DNA of 60,101 nucleotides, filler included. It is 3 parts of 3 records of this genome, joined end to end, with 100 filler letters (N's around TTAATTAATTAA, not from the genome) between each part and the next. Parts side by side here need not be neighbours in the genome. Positions count along the whole stretch, not along the records: positions 1 to 29,790 come from DRR723986_7813; positions 29,891 to 38,922 come from DRR723986_7816; 1 more part is not named here. One strand, 5' to 3'. The notes beneath the pieces are model-generated. The model was not told the DNA's origin, made no database searches, and saw only the letters and a program-made list of their open reading frames with translations. This document shows, piece by piece, positions 29,391-39,022 of this stretch. How positions within the stretch are numbered: position 1 is the stretch's first letter; every line of letters begins with the position of its first letter. A program made the translations under genes and the position numbers.

Positions 29391-29464
29391 CACGCCCGGC
29401 AGGATTCGAACCTGCAACCCTCGGTTCCGAAGACCGATGCGCTATCCAGTTGCGCCACGGACGC
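29391..29464 (-). tRNA. tRNA-Arg (anticodon UCG), CCA not encoded
   Basis: GCGTCCGTGGCGCAACTGGATAGCGCATCGGTCTTCGGAACCGAGGGTTGCAGGTTCGAATCCTGCCGGGCGTG folds as cloverleaf; anticodon loop CT-TCG-GA. Confidence 0.95.
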
Positions 29465-29790
29465 GTGAGACTTGAATTTTAGGGGGTGGCCCCAATCGTT
29501 TCAAGCCTGCTTTGTAATTGGGGCAAAAGCAAATCTGATTTCTGCGTCCCCCCCATGACAAGCCTACGCAGTCGTCGCCTCGGCGGGCAGACACAGCGTT
29601 TGGTACCGCCACAGAATTTCTGCATGGTGGGTACCGGTTGGTGGTCACCGCAGCGGGAGAGTAGGGTGGGCTGGAGCGTCTACGAAGAGGGCGTCTGCCT
29701 TAGCGACAGCAAATCGACCGCGAACGTAGCCCAAAGGCAGGCGGAGCCAACTGCACTAGCCCCAACCGCAATGGGCCCAACCGCAATGGG

Positions 29791-29890
29791 NNNNNNNNNN
29801 NNNNNNNNNNNNNNNNNNNNNNNNNNNNNNNNNNTTAATTAATTAANNNNNNNNNNNNNNNNNNNNNNNNNNNNNNNNNNNNNNNNNNNN
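29791..29890. other. Artificial contig linker
   Basis: N-run, TTAATTAATTAA (29835-29846; stops in all six frames), N-run. Confidence 0.98.
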
Positions 29891-31802
29891 TCTCGCCCTG
29901 GATATACATGCCGCGGATCTGCCCCGCGTGCACGGCATCGAGGATTTCCGTCACCGTCAGGCCCTTTTCGGCGCTGAAGTCGGACGTTCCCCAGACCCTG
30001 TTGAAGGCATCGCGGATCGTGTCCTGCGTCACGTCCTGGTAGTCGGGCAGGAACATCGGGATCAGCCCCGCGTCCGAGGCGCCCTGCACGTTGTTCTGCC
30101 CCCGGAGCGGGTGTAGCCCGGTGCCGGGGCGTCCGACATGGCCGGTCATCAGCGCCAGCGAGATCAGGCAGCGCGAGTTGTCGGTGCCGTGGATGTGCTG
30201 GCTGACGCCCATGCCCCAGAAGATCATGCCCGCCTGCGCCCCCGCGAAGGTGCGGGCCACGTCGCGCAGCACTTCGGCGGGGATGCCGCAGACCTCTGCC
30301 ATCTTCTCGGGGGGGAAGTCCCTGAGGTGCTCTTTCTCGGCCTCCCAGTTCTCGGTGAAGGCTTGGATGTACTGTTCGTCGTACAGCCCCTCTTCGACGA
30401 TGACATGCATGATCGCGTTCAGCATGGACACGTCGGCGCCGGGTTTGAACTGCAGCATGTGGCTGGCATAGCGGCGCAGGCCGACGCCGCGCGGGTCCAT
30501 GACGATCAGCTTGCCGCCGCGCTTGGTGAACTGCTTGAAGTAGGTGGCCGCGACGGGGTGGTTCTCGATCGGGTTGGCGCCGATCACGATGGCCACGTCG
30601 GCGTTCTCGATCTCGTTGAAGGTGGCGGTGACGGCGCCGCTGCCGACGTTTTCCATCAGGGCGGCCACCGAGGAGGCGTGGCACAGCCGCGTGCAATGGT
30701 CGACGTTGTTGTGGCCAAAGCCCTGTCGGATCAGCTTCTGGAAGAGGTAGGCCTCTTCGTTGGTGCATTTGGCGGAGCCGAAGCCCGCGACGGCCTGCCC
30801 GCCATGCTGGTCCTTCAGGCGTTTCCAGCCGTTCGCGGCGAGGTCCAGCGCCTCGTCCCATTCGGCCTCGCGGAAGACATGGCTCCAGTTGCCGGGTTCG
30901 ACGTTAAGCCCCTTCGCGGGCGCGTCATCGCGGCGGATCAGCGGTTTCGTCAGGCGGTGCGGGTGGTGGATGTAGTCGAAGCCGAAGCGCCCCTTGACGC
31001 ACAGCCGCCCCTCGTTCGCCGGACCGTTCAGGCCCTGGACGTATTTGACCTTGTCGTCCTTGACCTTCAGCGAGACCTGGCAGCCCACCCCGCAGAAGGG
31101 GCAGACGCTTTGCACCTCGCGGTCGAAATCGGCGCGGTCGCCCACCTGGTTCTCGTCCACCACGGTCGAGGGCATCAGCGCCCCCGTGGGGCAGGCCTGT
31201 ACGCATTCGCCGCAGGCCACGCAGGTCGAGGCGCCCATGTCGTCGCCAAGATCGAAGACCGGATAGGCGTCGTGGCCGCGCCCGGCCATGCCGATCACAT
31301 CGTTGACCTGCACTTCGCGGCAGGCGCGCACGCACAGCCCGCACTGGATGCAGGCGTCGAGGTTCACCGACATCGCGATATGGCTGTCGTCGAGCAGCGG
31401 GATGCGCTCGGCCTCCAGCGTCGGAAAGCGCGACTCCGCAATGCCCTGCCGGTCGGCCATGTCCCAAAGGTGGGCGGATTTGTCGTGGGCGGCCTCGCGT
31501 TCGGGCTGATCCGCCAGCAGCAGTTCCATCACCAGCTTACGGGCCGTCTGCGCGCGCGGAGTCGCGGTCTTCACCACCATGCCCTCGGCCGGTTCGCGGA
31601 TGCAGGAGGCCGCGAGAACGCGCTCTCCCTCGATCTCGACCATGCAGGCGCGGCAGTTGCCGTCGGGGCGGTAGCCCGGCGCGGGTTTGTGGCACAGATG
31701 CGGGATCGTCAGGCCACGCCCGTTCGCCACCTCCCAGATGGTCATGCCGGGCTGTGCCTCGACCTGGGTTCCATCGAGGGTGAATCGGATTGTCTCGGCC
31801 AT
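29891..31802 (-). CDS. fdhF: Formate dehydrogenase alpha subunit (3' truncated by contig end)
   Basis: N-terminal Fe-S motifs (CRAC, CIQCGLCVRAC, CVACGECVQAC), CPFCGVGC, RLCHASS (Cys ligand), PLRGQNNVQG; GGAGG RBS. Confidence 0.93.
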
Positions 31803-32072
31803 GAGAACGCCTCCCCTGCGTGTTCCGGGCATCTTAGACCATGCGCAGGCCGGCCCGCATGGAACAATGCCGACCTTCGGCGGCGTTTTTGCGTCGCGGG
31901 GTTTCGGATCGGCGTCCGGGGCCGGCGAAGGCGAAACCCGGCGCCGCCGGACCTGTGCGAATTCGTCGCAAAACCCTGCAAGTGTGCGTTTGCGCACCAA
32001 CCCTCAGCGGCCATGACCGTATTCCGGACGCGCCGCCCTGCCTATCTTGGTAGAGAAGCAAGGAGGCCAGCC

Positions 32073-32552
32073 ATGAAAGCCCACCCCGAAACCCGCATCG
32101 GCCATGTGCATCTGAAAGTCACCGATCTCGAACGATCCATCGCGTTCTATCGCGACGTGATCGGGCTGGAGGTCACGCAGCGCTACGGCGTGCAGGCGGC
32201 CTTTCTTTCCGCCGGAGGCTATCACCACCACATCGGCCTGAACACATGGCACAGCGAGAACGGCCCGCGTCCCGATCCCCGCGCGCCCGGGCTCTACCAC
32301 ACCGCCTTCGTCTACCCGGACCGCAAGGCGCTGGCGGCGGCGCTGCAACTGGCGCTGGATCACGGGGTCGTGCTCGAGGGGGCCGCCGACCACGGCGTGT
32401 CGGAGGCGGTGTATTTCTCGGACCCTGACGGCAACGGCATAGAGCTGTACCGCGACCGCGATCCCGCCGACTGGCCGCGGGGCGGTGACGGCGCGCTGGT
32501 CATGTCCAACCGGCCGCTCGACCTGAAGGCGCTGCTGGGCGAACTGGCCTGA
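32073..32552 (+). CDS. VOC/glyoxalase family protein (catechol 2,3-dioxygenase-like)
   Basis: IGHVHLKV, GGYHHHIGLNTW, DHGVSEAVYFSDPDGNGIELY. Confidence 0.9.
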   Translation: MKAHPETRIGHVHLKVTDLERSIAFYRDVIGLEVTQRYGVQAAFLSAGGYHHHIGLNTWHSENGPRPDPRAPGLYHTAFVYPDRKALAAALQLALDHGVVLEGAADHGVSEAVYFSDPDGNGIELYRDRDPADWPRGGDGALVMSNRPLDLKALLGELA

Positions 32553-32615
32553 GCGCGGACGGGGTGGACCTTGCGCGGCGGCGCCCCTAGGCTCCGCCGC
32601 AAAAAGGAGATCCCC

Positions 32616-33476
32616 ATGGCGACCGGCACCGACATCCGCACCTATTTCAACGGCCAGTGGCACGATGCCGACGCGATGATCATGCGCGCCGCCGACCATG
32701 GCGCATGGCTGGGATCCGGCGTCTTCGACGGCGCGCGGATGGTCGACGGGATGGTCCCCGACCTTCAGGCGCATTGCGCCCGCGTCAACCGCTCTGCCAA
32801 GGCGCTGATGCTTACGCCCACCGTCTCGACCGAGGACATGGTCGAGATGATCCGCGAGGGCTTGCAGGCCTACCCCGCCGATGCGGCGGTCTACATCCGG
32901 CCGATGTACTGGGGCATCCACGGCGACGCCACGGCGATCGTGCCGCAGCGGGACGAGACCGGCTTTGCCATCTGCCTCGAACGCATCCCCATGGCGCCCG
33001 CGACGGCCAGCGTCACGCTGGGCCGGACGCGGTTCCGGCGTCCGGTTCTGGAAAGCGCGGTGGTCAACGCCAAGGCGGGCTGCCTCTATCCGAACAACGC
33101 GCGGATGCTGGCCGAGGTGCGCGCGCGCGGCTTCAACAACGCGCTGGTGACGGATGCCATGGGCAACATCGCCGAGAGCGCCACGGCCAATGTCTTCATG
33201 GTGCGCGACGGGGTGGTCTTCACGCCCATTCCGAACGGCACCTTCCTTGCCGGCATCACCCGCGCGCGGCACATCGCCAACATGAAGGCGGACGGGATCG
33301 AGGTGGTCGAGGGCGTGCTGTCCTTCGAGGATTTCGAGGCGGCGGACGAGGTCTTCCTGTCCGGCAACATGAACAAGGTGACGGCGGTGAGCGGCTTCGA
33401 GGACGTCTCGTACCAGACCGGGCCGGTGACGAAGCGCGTGCGCGAGATGTATTGGGACTGGGCCGCTTCGGCCTAA
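32616..33476 (+). CDS. Branched-chain amino acid aminotransferase (class IV PLP)
   Basis: VFDGAR, AKAGCLYPN, AESATANVF, FLAGITR, ADEVF. Confidence 0.9.
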   Translation: MATGTDIRTYFNGQWHDADAMIMRAADHGAWLGSGVFDGARMVDGMVPDLQAHCARVNRSAKALMLTPTVSTEDMVEMIREGLQAYPADAAVYIRPMYWGIHGDATAIVPQRDETGFAICLERIPMAPATASVTLGRTRFRRPVLESAVVNAKAGCLYPNNARMLAEVRARGFNNALVTDAMGNIAESATANVFMVRDGVVFTPIPNGTFLAGITRARHIANMKADGIEVVEGVLSFEDFEAADEVFLSGNMNKVTAVSGFEDVSYQTGPVTKRVREMYWDWAASA

Positions 33477-33485
33477 GGCGGCGCC

Positions 33486-33638
33486 ATGGAAAAGCTGATC
33501 GTCATCGGCATCGTTCTGGCGCTTTTCGGCGGGGCCATCGCGGTGATCCACCGCAACCACAAGCGCGAACAGGCAGAGCGCCGGGCGCGGCGCGACGCCG
33601 CGCGGCAAGAAGCCGACACCTCCGGGGACCGCGAATAG
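33486..33638 (+). CDS. Small single-TM protein (50 aa, below ORF-track cutoff)
   Basis: MEKLIVIGIVLALFGGAIAVIHRNHKREQAERRARRDAARQEADTSGDRE; GC3-rich codons. Confidence 0.6.
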   Translation: MEKLIVIGIVLALFGGAIAVIHRNHKREQAERRARRDAARQEADTSGDRE

Positions 33639-33740
33639 GCGCCGGGCCCGCGCAGGGCGGACGGCGGCAGAGCCGCAGCGCGCGCCATGCTGGACAGGCC
33701 CTCCGCCCTCTGCCACTGTCCCGCTTCAGGAGGCCCCCCG

Positions 33741-34196
33741 ATGCGCAAGTTCCTCGTCGTGCTCGACGACAGCCGAGAATGCCTGAACGCCATGCGCTTC
33801 GCTGCCATGCGCGCGGCGAAGTCCGGCGGCGGCGTGGCGATCCTTTCGGTGATCCCGCCCGATGAGTTCAACCACTGGATCGGCGTCGGGGACATCATGC
33901 GCGAAGAGGCACGGGAACGCATTCACGCCCATTTCGAGGTCTTCGCCAAATGGATGCGCGACAAGCAGGGCGTCGACCCCGAGCTTGTGATCCGCGAGGG
34001 CGATCCGGTGACCGAAATCCTTGCGCAGGTCGCCGACGACCCCGAGATCGGGCTTCTGGTGCTTGGCGCCTCGGTCGACAAGAAGGGCCCCGGCCCGCTG
34101 GTGAACCAGATGACCCGCACCTCGGGCACTCTGCCCATCCCGGTCACGATCGTGCCGGGGGATCTCTCGAAAGAGCGGCTGGAAGCCATCACCTGA
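33741..34196 (+). CDS. Universal stress protein
   Basis: MRKFLVVLDDS...LLVLGA...GPGPLV...PVTIVP. Confidence 0.9.
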   Translation: MRKFLVVLDDSRECLNAMRFAAMRAAKSGGGVAILSVIPPDEFNHWIGVGDIMREEARERIHAHFEVFAKWMRDKQGVDPELVIREGDPVTEILAQVADDPEIGLLVLGASVDKKGPGPLVNQMTRTSGTLPIPVTIVPGDLSKERLEAIT

Positions 34197-34230
34197 CCCA
34201 CGACGCCGACCATTTCCACGGACCATTTTC

Positions 34231-35304
34231 ATGTATCGCCCTTTCGCTGCTGCCCTCGCCCTTGCCACCCTTGCCCTGTCCGCCCCGACCACTCCCGCCA
34301 GGGCCGAGGTGCCGCTGATCTCGGAGCATTGCCTCGGCAATGCCTCGGAGACATGCTTCATCATCGTGGAAGGCCAGATCGAGGCGGGGCTGACCGACCA
34401 ACTGCGCGCCTTCATCGGCCATGGGCGGGACGCGCGGCGGGTGGTGCTGAACAGCCCCGGCGGCAACCTCGGCGAAGCGGTGAAGCTGGGCCGCTACCTG
34501 CGCGAGGCCGACCTCGACACCTCGATCGGCAGTTCCGACGCCATGACCCGCGACGCGGACGGGCGGCTGACGCCGATGACGCTGGCGGCGGCGGGTCCGG
34601 GGCGCTGCGAAAGCGCCTGCGCCTATGCCTTCATGGGCGGGGTGCGGCGCGCGCTGCGCGAGGACGACGTGCTGGGCCTGCACCGCTTCCACGCGCCGGG
34701 CCAGTCCATCGACGGCGATTCGGCGCAGCAGCTTTCGGGGATGCTGATCTCCTACATGGTCGAGATGGGCATCGACGCGCGGATCTTCACGCTGGCCAGC
34801 ATGCAGGGATCGGACCAGATGCATCGCGTGACGTTGGCCGAGGCCGAGGAATACGACCTGACCACGCCCTTCGGCTATGCGCCGCTGTTCCTCGAGCCCT
34901 ACAAGGACGGGCTGATCGCCTCGGCAAAGCGGCTGGACACGGTCTCGGCCTACAGCGGCGTGGATCAGGTGACCTTTTTGTGCCGGGGCGGACAACCGCT
35001 GGTGCTGCTCCATGCCGCCCTGCACGCGCTGGACGAGAATTCGCCCGGCACCTTCGAGGCCGAGATCGACGGCACCTACGTCTCCCTCCCCGGCAGCAGC
35101 CTGACGATCCGGCCCAAGCGCGACGAGGCCTTCATCACCGCAGCCGTGACCCCCGAGATCGCGCGGGGCATCGCGGGCGCCAGCGACATGTGGCTCTCGG
35201 CCTCCTTCGCGCGGGTGATCGGCGGCAACTACGCCGTGGCGATGAAACCCTCGGCCATGGACCGCAGGATGATCGCCAGCGCCTTCCGCTTCTGCATCGA
35301 CTGA
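34231..35304 (+). CDS. Exported ClpP/crotonase-fold protein (COG3904-like)
   Basis: Signal peptide; LNSPGGNL, CESACAYAFMGG, LGLH. Confidence 0.75.
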   Translation: MYRPFAAALALATLALSAPTTPARAEVPLISEHCLGNASETCFIIVEGQIEAGLTDQLRAFIGHGRDARRVVLNSPGGNLGEAVKLGRYLREADLDTSIGSSDAMTRDADGRLTPMTLAAAGPGRCESACAYAFMGGVRRALREDDVLGLHRFHAPGQSIDGDSAQQLSGMLISYMVEMGIDARIFTLASMQGSDQMHRVTLAEAEEYDLTTPFGYAPLFLEPYKDGLIASAKRLDTVSAYSGVDQVTFLCRGGQPLVLLHAALHALDENSPGTFEAEIDGTYVSLPGSSLTIRPKRDEAFITAAVTPEIARGIAGASDMWLSASFARVIGGNYAVAMKPSAMDRRMIASAFRFCID

Positions 35305-35329
35305 GGGCCAGTTTAGAACGGTTCCAATC

Positions 35330-35359
35330 CTTGACGCATGGGCCGCGGAGGCGCATATA
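35330..35359 (+). promoter_or_regulatory. Possible RpoH-type promoter
   Basis: CTTGAC...CGCATATA upstream of the NifU-family gene. Confidence 0.35.
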
Positions 35360-35389
35360 GGGGGCCAGGCCAGAAAAGGTGCAGAACCG

Positions 35390-35953
35390 ATGTTCATCCA
35401 GACCGAATCCACCCCGAACCCCGCGACGCTGAAGTTCCTGCCCGGCCAGACCGTGCTGGAGATGGGGACCGCCGATTTCCCGACCGCCGAGGCCGGTGAG
35501 AAGTCGCCGCTGGCGCAGCGGCTGTTCGCGGTCGAGGGCGTGACGGGCGTCTTCTTCGGCACCGATTTCGTGACCGTGACCAAGGACGACGGCGCCGATT
35601 GGGACCACCTGAAGCCCGCGATCCTCGGCGCGATCATGGAGCATTTCCAGTCCGGCGCGCCGGTCATGGAGGACGGTGCCACGCAGGCGGGCGGCCATGC
35701 ACAGCACGACGGCGAAGACGGCGAGATCGTCAACCAGATCAAGGAACTGCTGGACACGCGCGTGCGCCCTGCGGTGGCGCAGGATGGTGGCGACATCACC
35801 TTCCACGGCTTCGACCGTGGCGTGGTCTACCTGCACATGCAGGGCGCCTGCGCGGGCTGCCCCTCGTCGACCCTGACGCTGAAGATGGGCATCGAGAACC
35901 TGCTTCGGCACTACATCCCCGAAGTCTCCGAGGTGCGCCCGGTCGCCGTCTGA
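35390..35953 (+). CDS. NifU/NfuA-family Fe-S carrier
   Basis: MFIQTESTPNPATLKFLPG; RPAVAQDGGDI; GACAGC. Confidence 0.95.
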   Translation: MFIQTESTPNPATLKFLPGQTVLEMGTADFPTAEAGEKSPLAQRLFAVEGVTGVFFGTDFVTVTKDDGADWDHLKPAILGAIMEHFQSGAPVMEDGATQAGGHAQHDGEDGEIVNQIKELLDTRVRPAVAQDGGDITFHGFDRGVVYLHMQGACAGCPSSTLTLKMGIENLLRHYIPEVSEVRPVAV

Positions 35954-36062
35954 GCGAAAGGCCCTTGAAGGGCCTTTCACCCGCCGTCCACGGCGGGTCG
36001 AAGCCGGTTCCAACCGGCTTCCCCACGTTGCGCAGGCCCCGCGCCCGGGGCATAAGCACCGC

Positions 36063-36656
36063 ATGATCCTCGCCTTCGACACCTCCGGACCGCATTGCGC
36101 CGCAGCCCTTCTGGACGGCGACCGCCTCCTCACCCGTGTCGAGGCCATGAAGAAGGGTCAGGCGGAACGGCTCATGCCGCTGCTGGCAGAGCTTCTGGCC
36201 GAGGCCGGGGCCGACTGGTCCGATCTGGACCGCATCGGCGTGGGCATCGGTCCCGGCAACTTCACCGGCATCCGCATCGCCGTCAGCGCGGCGCGCGGAC
36301 TGGCGCTGTCGCTCGACATCCCCGCCCTTGGCGTTTCGGGTTTCGAGATCGTGCGTGCCGGTGCGATGGAGGCCTCGGGCCAAGGCGAACACCCCACGCT
36401 TGCGGTCATCCCCGGCCCCCGCGATCAGGCCTATATTCAGCATCCGGACGGCAGCATCGCCTTCGGCGCCTTGCCCACCGCCCCCTCGGCGGCCACTGCC
36501 CTGCCCGACGATTGGCACGCAAACATGGCAACCCTTGCCCGGCTCGCCGCGGCAAAGACGCCCGGCCCGCGCCCCGCGCCCCTCTACGTCAAACCCGCCG
36601 ACGCCGCGCCCGCCAGCGATCCGCCGCCGGTGATCCTCGACGCCGATGACGCCTGA
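36063..36656 (+). CDS. tsaB: t6A biosynthesis protein TsaB
   Basis: ILAFDTS, GQAERL, GIGPGNFTGIRI. Confidence 0.93.
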   Translation: MILAFDTSGPHCAAALLDGDRLLTRVEAMKKGQAERLMPLLAELLAEAGADWSDLDRIGVGIGPGNFTGIRIAVSAARGLALSLDIPALGVSGFEIVRAGAMEASGQGEHPTLAVIPGPRDQAYIQHPDGSIAFGALPTAPSAATALPDDWHANMATLARLAAAKTPGPRPAPLYVKPADAAPASDPPPVILDADDA

Positions 36657-37059
36657 GGCCCTCGCCGCGCTCTCGGCCCGCGCCTACCGCCACATGACGC
36701 CGTGGAGCGCGCAGGCCTTCGCCGACACCCTCGCCCGGCCCCACGCCCTGCTGACCGCGACGGACCACGCCTTCGTGCTCGGCCTCGTGGTGGCGGGCGA
36801 GGCGGAAATCCTCGCGCTCGCCGCCGATCCGGACCACCAACGCCAAGGCGCCGCCAGCGCCGCGCTGACCCGCTTCCACGCCGAGGCCGCCGCCCGCGAC
36901 GCCAGCCGCGTCCTGCTCGAGGTCGCCAGCGCCAACGACCCGGCCCGGGCCTTCTACACCCGCCACGGATACCGCGCGACAGGCCTGCGCCGCGCCTACT
37001 ACCGGCGCCCGGACGGGCCGCCCGATGACGCGGTGATCATGGAGCGCGCGCTGCCGTGA
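36646..37059 (+). CDS. RimI-like GNAT acetyltransferase
   Basis: EAEILALA...QRQG...LLEVAS.N.PA.AFY...G.RRAYY; follows tsaB. Confidence 0.85.
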   Translation: MTPEALAALSARAYRHMTPWSAQAFADTLARPHALLTATDHAFVLGLVVAGEAEILALAADPDHQRQGAASAALTRFHAEAAARDASRVLLEVASANDPARAFYTRHGYRATGLRRAYYRRPDGPPDDAVIMERALP

Positions 37060-37174
37060 CGTCGCTGCTGCGTCTGCAAAAACCGGTTGACCCTCCCCTT
37101 CCGCTGCGGCTTTGATTGATCTGTCACAATCAGACGGGCAGAGACCTTGCCCGCGTCTCAACTGGGAGCATTTC

Positions 37175-38179
37175 ATGACCTTCATGCAGAAGACCCTCGG
37201 CACCTGCGCCGCGCTGGCCCTGTCCGCCGGCGCCGCACTCGCCGACCCGGCCCTGATTTACGACCTCGGCGGCAAGTTCGACAAATCCTTCAACGAAGCC
37301 GCCTTCAACGGCGCCGAACGCTGGGCCAAGGAAACCGGCGGCAGCTACCGCGATATCGAGATCCAGTCCGAAGCCCAGCGCGAGCAGGCCCTGCGCCGCT
37401 TCGCCGAGGCGGGCTTCAACCCGGTCGTCACCACCGGCTTCGCCATCGCCGACATCATGGGCAAGGTCGCGGCCGACTACCCGGACACCAAGTTCGTGAA
37501 CGTCGACGGCTTCCTGCCCGAAGTGCCCGACAACGTGCTGATCACCACCTTCCAGGAGCATCAGGGGTCGTACCTCGTCGGAATGCTGGCCGCCATGGCC
37601 TCGGAAAGCGGCACCGTCGGCTTCATCGGCGGCATGGACATCCCGCTGATCCGGCATTTCGGCTGCGGCTACGCGCAGGGCGCCAAGGCGGTCAACCCCG
37701 ACATCACCGTGGTCGCCAACATGACCGGCACCACGCCGACCGCGTGGAACGACCCGGTGAAGGGGTCCGAACTGGCCAAGGCGCAGATCAGCCAGGGCGC
37801 CGACGTGATCTATGCCGCCGCCGGCGGCACCGGCGTGGGCGTTCTGCAGACCGCCGCGGATGAGGGCATCTACTCGATCGGCGTGGACAGCAACCAGAAC
37901 CACCTGCACCCGGGCTCCGTCCTGACCTCGATGCTTAAGCGTGTCGATGTCGCGGTCTATGACGCCATGTCGGCGGGCGAAGCGCTCGAGACCGGCAAGG
38001 TCGTCACCCTCGGCCTCGCCGAAGAGGGCGTCGGCTATGCGGTGGACGAGAACAACGAATCCCTGCTGACCGAAGAGATGACCGCCGCCGCCGAAGAGGC
38101 CAAGCAGAAGATCATCGACGGCGAGATCGAGGTGGTCAGCTACTACGCCAACGACAGCTGCCCGGCCCTGCAGTTCTGA
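37175..38179 (+). CDS. BMP-family ABC transporter substrate-binding protein
   Basis: GGKFDKSFNEAA, GADVIYAAAGGTG, IGVDSNQ, TSMLKRVD. Confidence 0.92.
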   Translation: MTFMQKTLGTCAALALSAGAALADPALIYDLGGKFDKSFNEAAFNGAERWAKETGGSYRDIEIQSEAQREQALRRFAEAGFNPVVTTGFAIADIMGKVAADYPDTKFVNVDGFLPEVPDNVLITTFQEHQGSYLVGMLAAMASESGTVGFIGGMDIPLIRHFGCGYAQGAKAVNPDITVVANMTGTTPTAWNDPVKGSELAKAQISQGADVIYAAAGGTGVGVLQTAADEGIYSIGVDSNQNHLHPGSVLTSMLKRVDVAVYDAMSAGEALETGKVVTLGLAEEGVGYAVDENNESLLTEEMTAAAEEAKQKIIDGEIEVVSYYANDSCPALQF

Positions 38180-38313
38180 TCCGCAGGAACCACAAGACGG
38201 GCCGGTTGCCATAACGGCACCCGGCCCGGAATTTCTGGAAAATTCCGGCACCGCCCGGCCCGGCTCCGAAAAGGCCGGTCCGGGCGGGTCGCCGCATTTC
38301 AGCCGGGACGCGC

Positions 38314-38922
38314 ATGAACGACACCCCCGCCATCGAGCTCAAGGGCATCTCCAAGGCCTTCGGCCCCGTGCAGGCCAACAAGGACATCTCGATCCGCGTG
38401 ATGCCCGGGACGATCCACGGCATCATCGGCGAGAACGGCGCGGGCAAGTCGACGCTCATGTCGATCCTCTACGGCTTCTACAAAGCCGACGCGGGCGAGA
38501 TCCTGATCAAGGGCCAGCCCACGCAGATCCCCGACAGCCAGGCCGCCATCGCGGCGGGCATCGGCATGGTCTTCCAGCACTTCAAGCTGGTGCAGAACTT
38601 CACCGTGCTGGAAAACGTCATCCTCGGGGCCGAGGACGGCGGCCTCCTGAAACCCTCGCTGGCCAAGGCGCGCGGCGTGCTCAAGCATCTGGCGCAGGAA
38701 TACCAGCTGAACGTCGACCCCGACGCGCTGATCGAGAACCTCTCGGTCGGGCACCAGCAACGGGTCGAGATCCTCAAGGCGCTCTACCGCGAGGCGGACA
38801 TCCTGATCCTCGACGAGCCCACCGGCGTGCTGACCCCCGCCGAGGCCGACCACCTCTTCCGCATCCTCGAAGGCCTCAGGGCCGAGGGAAAGACCATCAT
38901 CCTGATCACCCACAAGCTGCGC
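38314..38922 (+). CDS. Sugar/nucleoside ABC transporter ATP-binding protein (truncated)
   Basis: GENGAGKST, LSVG.QQRVEI, ILDEPT. Confidence 0.92.
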
Positions 38923-39022
38923 NNNNNNNNNNNNNNNNNNNNNNNNNNNNNNNNNNNNNNNNNNNNTTAATTAATTAANNNNNNNNNNNNNNNNNNNNNN
39001 NNNNNNNNNNNNNNNNNNNNNN
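38923..39022. other. Artificial contig linker
   Basis: N-run, TTAATTAATTAA (38967-38978), N-run. Confidence 0.98.

Larger units (their letters stand above)
1..29391. mobile_element. tRNA-Arg-integrated genomic island / putative integrative mobilisable element (left end outside the window)
   Basis: Tyrosine integrase next to the tRNA 3' end, excisionase, coupling protein + relaxase-like genes, R-M/defence cargo; no second copy of the tRNA 3' end found by eye in 1-29300. Confidence 0.85.

Noticed and set aside
29744-29790. 15-bp tandem repeat (CCAACCGCAATGGGC-like) at contig end as a CRISPR array
   Set aside because: No spacers, unit too short, no cas genes; likely a simple repeat that broke the assembly
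29835-29846. TTAATTAATTAA palindrome (also 38967-38978) as a biological site
   Set aside because: Embedded in N-runs, identical at both joins, encodes stops in all frames: assembly linker
29891-31802. Selenocysteine-containing formate dehydrogenase
   Set aside because: Active-site position is Cys (RLCHASS); no in-frame TGA
30138-33865. Long alternative-frame ORFs (804, 570, 402 aa)
   Set aside because: Shadow ORFs of GC-rich real genes; only the last 159 aa of the 804-aa ORF (VOC protein) is credible
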